This document shows, one piece after another, positions 1 through 13,453 of a stretch of 64,000 nt of DNA. Every line of letters starts with the position of its first letter. Position 1 is the first letter of the stretch. The position numbers and the translations under genes were made by a program. Source of the stretch: Octopus sinensis (taxonomy: Eukaryota); assembly GCF_006345805.1 (NCBI RefSeq), contig NC_043008.1:29140001-29204000 (forward strand). The letters run 5' to 3'. Under the pieces are notes generated by a model. The model ran no database searches. It was not told where the DNA came from and saw nothing but the letters and a program-made list of their open reading frames with translations.

Positions 1-1182
1 CGAAACTGAGATTCCAGCGCTTGTAACATTTCTCAAAGTTCAAACTATAATTTGAAGTTGATCTTTGCATTCATATGAGCTTCGTCGGCACCCTATTTGT
101 TCAATGGGAAAATATCGTTCTCTTCCATAGATGCATCTATATTATTTACGAGTATGAATGTCAAAATTTGGTAAGTGGTGGATACAAAGGTTATGAACCG
201 ATAAATCTTTTTATGACGTTATAGACGTCACTCGTAAATATGACGTTATAGACGTCACTCGTAAATTAAGAACGCTTATCTTAATTTTATCAAACACTTC
301 TTATCTGGAAGTAAGGCACAAACTATCGGAATGTTTAAGTTATTCCTCACAATATTATTAGTTTGTGAAAACCATTTCTCTTCAATGAATAGGATTAGCC
401 AAGTCGCATCTCATCTTTTGTCTTACATCGTGAATAGTCCTCTTCATAGAGCTTATTATTGGCAAAGCTTACACTACGTTTTCACTAAACTGCGGGTTTC
501 TTTAGCCTTTTCTTTTACTCTGTTCATATAATACGCACTTCGATGTTCACGGACTCACCAGAATTATTACGTTCACGAGAAACTTTTACTTCACCGTCAT
601 TAGTTTTTGCACGGCATTTAAAATACAATGCAAATTTATTGCGCTTCCAATATATCTTGTTTCCAATTTGCTTATATTTTACAAATAGTAAACCAATTTT
701 GAGCATGGGCTTGCCTTTTTCACTATCAGTATATCTGTCCACATTTAAAGGATATATAAATTCTAGGTAAATTATCTCGAGCAGCATATTTCTGTCTTTC
801 ACTTTCCGGCAACGTGTCTGTCACTGGTGCATGTTCAAATCAAACAATTCAAACAATCATCAATTCGAATAATTTCCTTTCGATAAATTGCCAATTCGAA
901 TAACTGCTTTTCGAATAATTCTTTCGAACAATTTTCATGATACGAAAATCACTTTTCTAATCAATCTACGCGAAACTAAGATTCCATCGCTTGTAACATT
1001 TCTCAAAGATCAAACTATAATTTGAAGTTGATCTTTGCATTCATATGAGCTTCGTCGGCACCCTATTTGTTCAATGGGAAAATATCGTTCTCTTCCATAG
1101 ATGCATCTGTATTATTTACGAGTATGAATGTCAAAATTTGGTAAGTGGTGGATACAAAGGTTATGAACCGATAAATCTTTTT
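1..1182 (-). mobile_element. Decayed Mutator-like (MULE) element with FLYWCH domain, partly duplicated in tandem
   Basis: ORF 524-802(-) reads SEKGKPML..LFVKYKQIGNKIYWK..KCRAKT..REXN, which resembles a FLYWCH zinc finger. 834-943 is a TTCGAA-rich subrepeat block resembling a MULE terminal repeat. Confidence 0.55.
1..1182 (+). repeat. Direct repeat 1-212 / 971-1182 (period 970 bp) plus a 27-bp tandem duplication at 213-266
   Basis: The two 212-bp copies are near-identical by eye. ATGACGTTATAGACGTCACTCGTAAAT occurs twice in tandem. Confidence 0.95.
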
Positions 1183-2990
1183 GAACTTGGGTTTCAATAT
1201 TCTTTGGGAGTAGGTAATTAATATCAATTGTTAATCAGTCAGGTGTTTTCTTACATCCTCTCATAATTTCGTTGAACATCTGAAATAAATTTTCGTGTGC
1301 ACACAGGAGCAATGAGGACCAGAAACGTGACACCCTATCTCTACCGGAGGTATTTCCCTTATGTGCATTCGTGAGTGTCACCATTCATCTGCCATTGTAA
1401 AATTTTATAAAATTTTGAAAGGTTCTTTCTGTCCGTCTAATCTAATCTGTATTTTCATTGGATGTCTTCTCATCACTACAACTTATTTTCCAAAAGATTT
1501 CAGCTTCTTTGATAGGAGGGGAGAGGTTTTCAACCGTTAATTTTTCCTTCTTAATTATCCTGGGAAATGTTTTGGCATTGGATGTAAATTATGTTCCTTT
1601 ACTCAAATCTTCGTATTCTTTTAGTTTTTATTTCGACCTTTTGTTTCAGTTTTTCTTTTGTTGATAGCAGTTCTTTTCTTCGCGGGAATCCATATTTTCC
1701 CTTCATCTTCCTTCATTTTCTGGATCTTATATCATATGCACAGATTAGTTAATTTAATACTAACAATTCCCTTTTCATTAATACACTATATTTTTCAATT
1801 TTACTTCTCCAGTTTAGATTTCTTTCCAGATCTGGTTTTCTTTGTTGGTTTGTTTATTTGTTTTTCGGAGGTGTACAGCTGGTTTCAATTAACTTAGCAG
1901 ATGGTTAAATAATTTCATTTAATTCAGTAAGATAATATTTCAATACTTCTATTTCTTTTCTTACATAGTTGGCAAATTTAATAAGCTTCTTTTTATTATT
2001 ATTTTGGTTTATATTTATGAGTTTATGAAGTGGTTCTCTATGATCCATACTTGCATATTTTACTACGGCAAGCATATTCAGATTTTTTTTTTACTTCATT
2101 TCCAGCATCGACTTTCTGTGTTCTTCAGCAAATGTGTGGTCTTGAAACACTATTTCTTTATTACTTTCCTTACTATTTTTATCAGGTTCATTAAAATTTC
2201 TTATTTCTTCAGGTTTCTACGTGATTGTGTTAGCGGACAGTCTTTCAACTCGTGGTGGGCTGCTATCTTCATCTAATTCATCATTCCCTTCCTCTCTTAT
2301 ATTTAATTCATTTTACGCTGCATGCTTGGTGGCTCCTATTTCACTATCTATGAGTCTAAAGTTATCACTCCTGACATTTGCTATCTTGTTTTCATCCAAA
2401 TATTTGTGTTCTCTGTATTTTGTAAGAGTTTTGGTGTGTCTCTCTTGAAATTGCCAACTTAATGCATAGTAATAAGCGTATATTACTTCTTTATGTTTCC
2501 CGGGTCCATTTTATCCTTTTATTTTCTTCTTTCTGTGTTGGCTGTCGTGGGGAGCTTGGAAGGCTTGAGTGAGTCAGCTATGTCCAACAAGGTGTTATAT
2601 TGTTCGTTTTTAGCAAACTCTTTCCAGTTGCTGCTTACAATATTTCTGACTTCTGCTCATGTCACTCTTATGACAGAGTTTTCAGTGAACCAATATGGCG
2701 ATGTTATCGTCTCTTCTCTTGTACTCCTTCTGTTCAAGCATCTTACATTTACTGCTTCATCTTTCTCCCCACGCAACCTACAAAGTGGAGAAGTCACTGA
2801 TTTGTCAATGTTGAACATATTATTCGATCTCTGTGCCTGTACCTGTGCTGCGAAAAAAATGACTTCAATTTCAACTTTCAAGTCGCTATTTCTAGTTCAT
2901 TCCCAGATCTTATCTGTCATCCGTCTCAGATTTTCCACGAGAATTGACCAGCCATATTTTGTCTCCCCATTTCTTCAAAGGTGTTGAAAT
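1183..2990 (-). mobile_element. R4/Dong-like non-LTR retrotransposon remnant (N-terminal and pre-RT region)
   Basis: Minus-strand translation with stops and frameshifts gives KEVIYAYYYAL..YLDENKIANVR and SGRDRVSRFW..FNEIMRG..TPD*LT..YLLPK. Confidence 0.7.
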
Positions 2991-2999
2991 TATCGCTCT

Positions 3000-4530
3000 T
3001 CCTTTGATTCATTACAGCTTCATAATGTTGTCCTTCTTTCTCCGGCCATGAATCTCTCCTTTGAACTCTTTACATAACATGTCAGATTATTTTTCTATTC
3101 TTCACACATATTTGACTGCTAATGAGATCACTTCCTCTTCTCTAGCGTGGAAGATATAACCTATCCATGTGAATTTGGTGGGGTGTAAAGCACATTGTAG
3201 TGTCATAACTTTCCTAATCATTCGATCAAGCTCCATTATTATATCAGCGCTATAACGTATAAGTGCAACAGTCTGTGTGTTGACAACCAGTAACTTATTG
3301 ATACCACTCAACATTTTATTTAAACCAGTATCAGTCTCAGTGTATGTTCCTTTGATAACGATTCTTTCATTTCCTTCTCTTTCATTTGGTCTCTTTCCAG
3401 GATACCTAAGTATCTAGAAACATTTTCAATTTCCTCCATTACTTGCCCCTCTAGTAATACAATTCCTTTCATTTTATCAATTCTACCTCCCATCAGTAAT
3501 AGCACCCTACAGGTTTTATGCCAAATTCCATTCTTACATTCATGCTAAATGTATGAAGTGTCTCTGCACGGAAATTAATCTGTTAGTAGTATTTTGCAAA
3601 GAGGTTTAGATCATTCACGAATAGTAGGTGGTTTATCTTAAACCGATAGCCTCTTCACTCATAAGGAGCTATTTCCCTTTTCAACACTAATGAAAGTGGA
3701 ACCATGAACAATAAAAGCAGCAAAGGAGAAAGACTCTCTGTGGAATACTCCTCTATTAATGTTCACAACTCGCAATATCTGTCTGCATTATGTCACCTCA
3801 GACCTCCCACCATTCATACAGTTCACCAGAAACCGTAGAAGGTTAGCTGCAAAATCAAATGTTTCCAAAAATTCCGCTATCAAATTATGTAGCACCATGT
3901 CATAAAATTTACGGTAATTGATCCAAGCCATGACAAGGTTTGTGTGCCTCCGGTTACGAATTTTAAGGAATAACTTATCAATCAACAGCTGACCCTTAGT
4001 CTTCCTGTCTGTCTCCTACGTTCCTTCTGTTCTTCAGGTAGTGTCTTCTCCATATATTCATACATTGCCTCTGCAATGACACCTATTCCGCATAAGAGTG
4101 AGGGCCGGATATATGTTTATAGTTGTCAAATGCATTTTCTCCCAGAGCAGGATTTCGTTTTGTTGGTCAGCAATTTTCCCGTAGAGTGCCATCAGTTTCC
4201 TGAGTTAGAAACCTTGCATTGTACTCCGTCTCTGCCGGGAGCTTTCCAATTTGGCATTTTTTACACTGGATAGTTGCATATCAGATGTTATCTCTAATTG
4301 TTCATGGTGGTTATCATTAATGTCATATTTTATGTTAGTCAGCCACTTCACACTTTTATTGTACTCTATTCCTAAACTCCAGATATCACCACAAAATTTC
4401 TTACTTTTATCTGCATCATGGATTATATCATCATTCCAAACCATGCTATTCATTTCCTGATAGAATCAGTTCTCTTTATACTGTGTCACCTATTGTTCAT
4501 GCCTCTTAACCTTTGCAGCTTCGGCAAGTA
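3000..4530 (-). mobile_element. R4/Dong-like retrotransposon remnant (RT domain)
   Basis: Fragments IDKLFLK..TNLVMAWINYRKFYDMV (RT3), KINHLLFVNDL (degenerate RT5), YLGILE (RT7) and ELDRMIRKVMT..ALHP (thumb). Confidence 0.85.
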
Positions 4531-4544
4531 TTCATTCTTCCAGC

Positions 4545-4642
4545 TCAGAATAAATCCTGGGGATCGTTTTTTTCGACTAAAACCCTTTAAGGCGGTTCTG
4601 CTTCATGGCTGCAGTTAAATCACTGAAACATGTAAAAGAATA
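4545..4642 (+). mobile_element. SINE family A, 3' fragment
   Basis: Matches the 3' part of the near-complete copy at 55393-55766. Confidence 0.75.
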
Positions 4643-5047
4643 CCATGAAATCGATATTACAAAACAAATATATTCGCGACAGAAAACGATGATGTGATAA
4701 TCCCTAACAAATTCAAAATATCTCAAGAAATTCATCCGAAACTACAATCTGGAACATTAGATGAAATATTTTGAGGCTATTATCAAATTTTGAACTTTAC
4801 TATCGCTTTTCATCACTCCGCCCCTCAGTAAATATTTTTCACAGTCATACAAGTTTTTGTTCGATTAATTGTGTATAGACTCTTCAGAAGACAGCGGCTA
4901 ACATAAACGATTATATAAACGATTATATAAGACGATTCAAATGTGCAATCGACTGTGTTCTTGCGGTGGACATCCAATTAATCATAGATTCGTATGTGTA
5001 TCGACAAAGCTAACATCATTGTTGAATCAATACTTAAGAATTATTTT

Positions 5048-5255
5048 AAGCGGCGAGCTAACAGAAACGTTAGCAAGCTAGGCGAAATGCTTAGTGGTAT
5101 TTCGTCTATCTTTACGTTCTAAGTTCAAATTTCGCCTAGTTTGGCTTTGCCTTTTATCCTTCCGGGGTCGATAAATTAAGTACCTCTTGCGTACTTGGGT
5201 CGATCTAATCGACTGGCGCCCTCCCCACAAATTACTTGTGCCTACAGTAGAATAG
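5048..5255 (+). mobile_element. tRNA-derived SINE family B
   Basis: AAGCGGCGAGCTAACAGAAACGTTAGCA..GTTCAAATT (B-box-like); homologous to copies at 8345, 20112, 33632, 48002 and 51920. Confidence 0.85.
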
Positions 5256-6056
5256 CGAAAAAGGAGTATATGAATACAATCAATATTAAAAACTTCTTTT
5301 GAGGAAGGCTTAAAATCCATATACATATTCTAGTTTATATCATGAAATGCTTTCATATACACTTTTAGATGATTTTTTTTCCTGCTACAATTAGTTATGA
5401 GAATTTCAAAATTATTATTAGAGCCATTTTTAATTATTATACCATATTAAATTTTTAACAAAACATATTTTCTTATGTTTTCTTTTCCTTCAGCACATAA
5501 TTAGCATACAACACTAGCCGTAATATTAGACTTACAGTGTACTAGTTGGTCGATATTTTTTCTTAATTTTCTTTAAATACTTCGTATCCCCATATTCTTA
5601 CATAGGAGATGTAAGACACCCGCTGAACTGAATGTAATTTCTTGGTAAGTAAATGCCAGTTGTATCTAAAAGGGCGTCACTATGATTATGCGAGAACAAA
5701 TTTTCTCCACTGTATTACAAACTGGTGTGTCATTTCAGAAAATATATTACGCAGAGAACATTAAAATTGCACTACACAGAAACGTCATATATTTTATATG
5801 ATAAATTCAGGCTCATATGACAGTTTAGAGTGTTTAATATGACGAATCCCTTTGCATGAATTTTACTTGTAATTCAAAGATAGATGCTTTTCACATAAAT
5901 ATCCACGTTGATTGTGGCTCAGAATTACGTCAAGTACATACGAAGCTATGGAATACACAATCGGTTACATGTTATATTATTAGGAATACAATTTTTTCCA
6001 TCAAAAGACTCAAGCCTCATCGTGGAAACCATACATGAATGTATGCCCATGTAGTT

Positions 6057-6082
6057 GCATACATATATACATACACACACAC

Positions 6083-6127
<45 letters not shown>

Positions 6128-6215
6128 CATGTATATATATGTGTATTTATGTGTGTATCTACACACACACACACAGACACACACATATATACATATATAC
6201 TCACACACAAACATA
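6057..6215. repeat. (TA)/(CA)/(TG) compound microsatellite
   Basis: Direct inspection. Confidence 0.95.
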
Positions 6216-8344
6216 TGTACCGTCTCCACCAAGATCCTAAATGCATATTTGCATATTTATTCTTAAAACAACTAGGCAGGTTCAGAAGAGGCATAATATA
6301 TCAAAGCACTAACGTCCGAGAACGTCGTGCTTCAATAAGACGAGCGCACTGAACACGCTGTTGTCGTATTCATTGAACACATTATTGTAATATTCAACTT
6401 AGCCTTCTAGTTTCACTTTTTGCAAAAATCAACACATTTTTTCTCGTGTTTTCTCATGGAGCAGCGTCCTGCTTTTCGAATACGACTAACCATGTGCCCT
6501 CAGCCTTAATGCATGGAGAAACAAGGCACATTATATAAATCTGTCGAATTGTCGTGTCTCCATGACATGAAACTAGTAGTAACTCTTCATTAAATATTAT
6601 GTACATTAAAATTTGCCGGATACACACACACACACATACACACACGCACATGCATTCACATATATGTATATATATATATATATATTGTAACTCTAGTAAC
6701 GCTAACAGGTATATATACTGGAAATTCGTTGGCAATATTTATTTCTTTTGCAGTTGAGCATTAATCATTTTGCATCTTCTTAATTGTCTTTTCAGAATAG
6801 AAAAATCTGAATCCCCTTCTATTGTCTGTTTTTCATCGGATTACTAATTCTCAAGGATTTGCTAATTTGTTAGACTCGATTATTCGGTAGTTTGATGTAA
6901 CACAACACATTGTTGTCATTTGTAATTGGGTTTCCATCTATTTTTTACCAATGATATTTTAGCAATTCCATTTTTACTCTTATATCTCAGCAGAACAATT
7001 TTTTTCATATATTTAAAATACTAATATTTGCTTTAGAAATTACTCGAGAATTCGCTACATTCTCTGATTAATGTATGTTACCTCCCTGCAAATAATCAAT
7101 AGCTTAATTTGAGATTTCTTTCAAACATAGTCTATTCACATCCGCACAGAGATGCACAACCTAAAATCTTTCCTTAGATATTGTTTGTTGTCAAATCTTC
7201 TGTATTAAATCAATTTATTATTTGCTTATCTATTAATTACTTTCTATTATCTACTTTCTTTTCAGTACTAAATCTTCTTACTAGTTAATCATGAATAGTA
7301 TTCTGTTACATCATCCACATTTACATAGATCTTGTACCAACATATTATTTAATTTCTCTCTCCATTCTTAATGAAATATTTGAATATTTGTTTATTATTA
7401 TTATGAATGGCATAAATTATTTACCAATCACTGTTTTGATTTATGCTACTACTGGTAGTTTTCTAATCTCATCAATAGAGGAACCAAATGATTTATTTGC
7501 AATAAATTACAAATCGGAAACTACATTAGAATATTTACTCTATAAAATCTGTAAAAAATATTTCATTTATATTCATCTGAATTTCTATGTGAAAATTTAA
7601 TTGAGATGTGGTAGAAATGTCCCAGTCCTCATGCTTTGTAAGCGCTTCTCAATTATTTGCTGTACGTTATGTACATTTGCTGTACAATATGCAACAATAT
7701 AATTATTTTTTAAATATGTGTGATGCCCTTTGTATTATTAAAGTAGGATTAGCAATTTTCTGTAATATTACAGTAATCTACAAAGTGCCTATCGCTTAGT
7801 TAATGTTTTCATATCGTCTTGTTAACCCTCAGTAATTATATGCTGTTCCTAAAACGATTAATTGTAAACATAAAAAATTGAAATGCATTTTTCCACCCCA
7901 TACATTCATTTTCCTTCTAACACACGGCAATGACTTTGCTGACCCTTTTGGTTTTGCGTTTTTAAATGTAAATACCCTCTTTCCAGTTACTGTTCAGATT
8001 CATTACTCACGCGTGTGAGTGGGACAAAAAATTAGTTGAAATAAGAAGAGTGCTATTGCTTTAGTCGTACTGTAATTTAGTATAAGATTGTTGTCCAACG
8101 CAAAATAATCATTTATTAATTGCAAATTTAGTTACTGATCATTATTTGAAGTTTGTCATCTGTTCGCGTCAAACATCATCATCCATTGGAGATAATTTGT
8201 CTTTCTAAATAGATCCATCTTCATGTTAATTCATTTGTGATATTTAATTTTGGTTAAAGTTTGTTGTTCCTTGCGCCAACGACTACAAAAAAGAACAAGA
8301 TCGATGTCAACAACAACAAGAAAAGCAACCAAAATAATAATATT

Positions 8345-8691
<347 letters not shown>

Positions 8692-10217
8692 GAGGAAATG
8701 TGAAATACGTTTGATCAGTTACCATGGTTGTATCGAGACAAAGGAAAACAGATTAGTGTGGTATATAAAGTCGCCTGCGCCGTATGGTACTTCATATTTT
8801 GATTAACTTGCTCTATAACGTAGCCAAACTTTTCTGGTGTAAATATAGTGACCTGTCTAAACGAGTAAAAGAGTAACAAATGATATTTGAGTAATTGCTT
8901 ACACTATATGCTATTTGCTGCACTGAAATGTATTGCCATTTTGTGCCATTTTCTTCCCAGATTTTCGGTAAGCGTACTTCATTGAAGGCCTATGGGTCAT
9001 ACATTATAAGGTGGTGTTATTCTGCTATTTGTTTTCATGTTTCATATAATTATACAAGTAAACTATCCGAAAGTGAGATACGACTACTGATCATTTGCTG
9101 CATCTTGCCTTTCCATTGTTTTGTAACTTCGCGAAGTTGGTAGGATCTGTTCCCAATACTACCAGTCTCCATTTTTTATCGCTTTCCAGAGATAAATCTT
9201 GATGTATTCCTTCTTTATCATGTAAAATATTCTGCCCTGAACAATTAACATTGTGATTTTTTATTGACTCGTTGAATGACAATTAAATCATTATACACGT
9301 TTATGAACAGAATGACATCCAAAATATTACAAAGGAAACAATAATACAAATATAAACAATGAATGGGAAATCTGACAAAATAGTTGACACTTGTGATAGA
9401 TGTTCATTGTAACAAGTATATTATAATGTCACTATGGCTGTATCAAAATAGAACGTGGAGAACAATAAGAGACATTTCTACTATTGATATTTAAATAAAT
9501 AAATAAAAAAAACTGAAATAAATGATGGTGAAATTTTTCAAAAAGAATTATCTTCAATATATAGAAAATAAATGGGTGAATAAATATATATTCAATGAAT
9601 AATTTTCCGTAAATGTTATGTGATTGACACTTAAAACAATAAACAAATTATTTGAAACGTTTATAGCATCAAATTATTATTTTATGCTGTTTTAATGAAT
9701 AGTAAGTAGAATCTTTTCACTAAGAAATGTTTCTGTGCTTGATACATTAAGAAATAAATAAAATGTTTGAAATGAATGACAGTCAAAATGTCAGGAATGT
9801 AATTATCTTTTAAATATGAAACGGAAATGATTTTAAAAAATATTTCAACGAATTGTATTTTCATAATTCTTATGTTGGCAATATCAAATGGATATTATCG
9901 TAATAAACCGAAAATATGTTGGACTTATTTTGAAGCGAATGAATAATAATTTATCCAGTGGAAGAATTCAGCAATTAAGTGAAGGAAAGGTGGCTAGATT
10001 AAATGGGATACAGAAATATACTGGTTTTACGACAGCAGTAGAAATCTGTCAACTATAAATTCGAATAAGGAACGCTTTATGTTGGCAAATACATGGCAAG
10101 GAATCATAAGGTGTGAAATAGCAAATAATATTGCTACATATGGCGTGCGATATGTAATATTAAAAGAATTTCGGTCTCCAAAGTTGCACATATATCCCCA
10201 TGAATTAACTATAATAT

Positions 10218-11795
10218 ATGACACAAATAGATACATCCATACTAAAACAGACACATACAGGCACACACGTGTGTGGGTATGCGTGCATTTCAATTACGTA
10301 TACCAATGTATGTATTATATTGGTAAGAAAGTTCTTGGACAACCAAGCCACCTTCAATCTCGCAACCAATCAGTGTTGCCGACCAACCAGGAGCAGCCAG
10401 CGTATCTATTGTGACTATAGAGTAGAGGGTGAGCTAGTTAAGAAGCTAGAAGAGGCAATTAGAAGCGGCATCGCATCCGACGTGTTGGCCCTCGACCAAC
10501 ACTTCAACGCCAAACACGAAGGGTGTGCTGTCAAAGCTAGGATGCGTGCTCTAAGGAACGAAGGTGTTGTAGCCGCGAGAGAGGCCCGGGTGGCAGAGGC
10601 GCAACAGGGCAACAAAGCCACCATTCGGTCTCTGGTAGATGAACAGGGGCGCGAATGGCTCGACGGCCCGGTCGAGTTGCTCGAGGTCTGGTTCGGTCCG
10701 GACCTCCAAGTGGAGAAGAACTGGAACGAGTTAACGAGTAGGGGGGTCACTCTCGCCATGCAATGGGCCGAGAGGAAACTGTCCCATAAAGGTCGAGCGG
10801 AGGTGGCGAACACGTACATCGCGTCCGTCATTTACGACCGCCTCACGGTCGTGCCTTGTCCCGACTCTACCATCACCAAACTAGAACGCATTCTCTTTCG
10901 CTTCTTGTGGAAAGAATGCGTCCCGATGATCAGGCGATCCATTTGCTGTCAACACTCGTTAAAAGGAGGACTGGGCCTGCCGTGGTTGATGATGCACAGA
11001 CACGTGCTGAGACTGCGACATCTCAGGCTCTACGTAGACGACGGGGAACAGGTGTGGTCGCCGTTTGTGAGGCACGATTTCCCGCAGCTCGTCTCCATGA
11101 CCGAACTGCAGTCGTGGATCAAAAAAATGCCGAGGAAGGGCGATTGGCACCGCGAATGTCGCGTTGCTCTCAAGCAACTCTGCCGTCCCGGGTCGACCTT
11201 GAGTGACTCCATCACAACCAAAGCATTCTATAGGGGATTAGTGGAGGGGAGGTACGACGACGATCTTGGGGCGAACCTGGACGTCGACGAGGAATATCTG
11301 ACCCGCCTGTTCGGGACGACTTTCGGGCCAGGGCCCATGGACAACTTCCAGAGATCCCTGGCCTGGCAGTGCTACCGAGAAGCGCTACCCGTTCGGGATA
11401 AGCTCTACAGACACGGCTCGAGAAACACGGGGCCGACCTGCTCGAGATGCTGTCAGAGCGACGAAACCATTCTGCACGCACTCGTGCAGTGTCCAACAAT
11501 TCCCGACCTTTGGGCTTATGTCGAACAACTGCAGTCACGTGTGGGACGAGTCGGTTTATCAGCTGAGTCTATCGTCAATATTGTCACGCCTCCTTCCTTC
11601 AAACGGAAAGGAAGAGTTATTTTCATCATCCTTGTGGCTATGGCGAAAGAATGCATCTGGTGGACGCGTCTGAAAGGATTGGAGACAAACACTTTCCCCT
11701 CTGGTCAATCTCTCATCAACTTCTTCAAGTGCCACTTGAAACGGAAAGTGAGAGTAGAGAGGCAAGTTTCGTCTAGCGAATGTTTTAAAAAATGA
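10218..11795 (+). pseudogene. 525-aa chimeric ORF: flank + mariner TIR + Tx1-like ORF2 remnant lacking the RT core
   Basis: ORF track. No YADD or QG motif is present, and the protein-like reading continues past the TGA at 11793 to ~11857. Confidence 0.75.
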
Positions 11796-13453
11796 TGGGT
11801 GAATGTAGCAAGGTTGGCACGTATGAATGACGAAGCCACCTTGAGCATAATCCTATGAACCAGAAATTGAAAATAGAGGGTTACCCACTTGCAAACAAAT
11901 GTGGTAACATATAACAATTTTGACCGAGGTTACCGTGGTCTTTTTCGTAGGCTTTTCTTCCCAATGATAAACATTATCTGCTTCCCCTTTACACCGTACA
12001 TCATGACACTGTGATACACGATCCCTATTGATCGTTTTTTTCCTCTTCCCCTTTTTCCCCTTTTTTCTTCTTTTTTTCCTTTTTTTTCTTTTGTTTCTTT
12101 TCCTTGTTTTCCCTTTTATTTCCCCCTTTTACGATCCCCTTTTGATCGAAAACCTACGCCACATTTTTTTCTTTTGTTTTTTGTTTTTTGGGGTTTTTTT
12201 TTCAATCCCCAAACGAAAAGCTCAACTTTGTAATTTGTCCCATCTGTGTGCAGCCCTGTGTGGCCAATAAAGAAACTTATTGTAACTATATAAAGACTAA
12301 AATCATTCTATTTGCTCATTAGCTTTCTGTTTCAGTTGTTTTATTTCAGAAATACATCACTTTATTCGCAAAATAGCTCAAAATATTGCACTTCCATAGC
12401 TGGCTCTGCGTGGTCTCATACTGTATCACTTCAAACATGGCACATCTGTGCGTGCCGCAGCTGAACTAATCTGCAAAGCGTTTGGCCCTTGCACTGTCTC
12501 GAAAAGTACTTGCGGTAACTAGTATCAGCGCTTTGAATCTGACAATTATTTACTGGAAGAGCAACCTCGAGGCGGGCGCCCGGAAGAGATCGAAGCCGAT
12601 CCAATGCAAACTACACGTCAACTTACGGTACAGTTTGGCGTCTCCTATGTCATGATCATCAACCACGTACATCATCTCGGCAAGGTCAGCAAGCTTGGAA
12701 AATTGGTGCCACCTGAACTGACTGAAGCAAACACACAAGCACGTGTCACTGCATGTCAAAATCTGCTCTGCTGAAGCAGAAGATTCGATTGGTTGGAGTC
12801 AGTAATCACTATGGATGAAAAGTAGGCACTGTACTCCAACGTGAGGCGCAGACGATCATGGTGTAGCAAAGGTCAACAGCCAAAACCGTCGCCAAAATGA
12901 CCGCTTGTGCAAAAGAGTGTTATGATCTCAGTTTGGTGGAATTCCCAAGGTGTAATCATGTTTGATCTTCTCCACGCAATACAACCGTTGACAAGGATGT
13001 CTACTGCGAACAAATCGACCGCGTGAAAATTGCGCTGGCCGAAAAACGGTCAAATTTGAAGGAGATAATTTACCATCCAGACAACGCGCCAGCACATGGT
13101 GCAAAGAAGACGTCAGAGAAGCTGAAGGAGACGGGCTGGGAGATTATGGTGCTTCCACCTTATTTTCCTGACCTTGCCTTTCTGACTACCACTTATTTTC
13201 TGCCTTGCACCGTGCAACTGGCGATACAGAGTTCAGTTCGAAAAAGATGTGAAATCTTTCCTTTACAATTTCATTGATTCAAAGCCACGCGACTTCTGGA
13301 TGAAAGTATTCAAAACTTTGCCAGAAAGACGGCAAAAGGTAATCGAAAACGAGGGTGATTACTTCTTGGATTGAATGTTCATTGTTGTTGTTTTTTAACT
13401 GTTAATAAACTGATATGTTAAAAGTGTCCAAGAACTTTCTTACCAAATTGATA
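10313..13453 (+). mobile_element. Mariner (DD34D-type) transposon, ~1270 bp once the nested LINE is removed; transposase pseudogenised
   Basis: TA-flanked TIRs at 10313-10341 and 13425-13453 (TGGTAAGAAAGTTCTTGGACA core, 3 mismatches in 29 nt). Transposase motifs TMDEK..SNVRRRRSW, HPDNAPAH and PPYFPDLA lie within ~12400-13375. Confidence 0.9.
10420..12277 (+). mobile_element. 5'-truncated, internally deleted L1/Tx1-clade LINE inserted in the mariner
   Basis: GC-rich ORF with FLWK..GGLGLP and a zf-RVT-type CSRC..ETILHALVQC motif, a pyrimidine-rich 3' UTR ending AATAAAGAAA, and a TSD TATTGT(G/A)ACTATA at 10407-10419 and 12278-12290. Confidence 0.9.

Noticed and set aside
2493-2987. 164-aa hydrophobic plus-strand ORF as a membrane protein
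   Set aside because: It is antisense to the A-rich coding strand of a Dong-like element.
8880-9960. Possible transposase relic (NCSGQN; ILMLAISNG)
   Set aside because: The motif echoes are too short and lie on opposite strands; not supportable by eye.
10415-11917. Overlapping antisense and alternate-frame ORFs
   Set aside because: By-products of the GC-rich LINE coding sequence.
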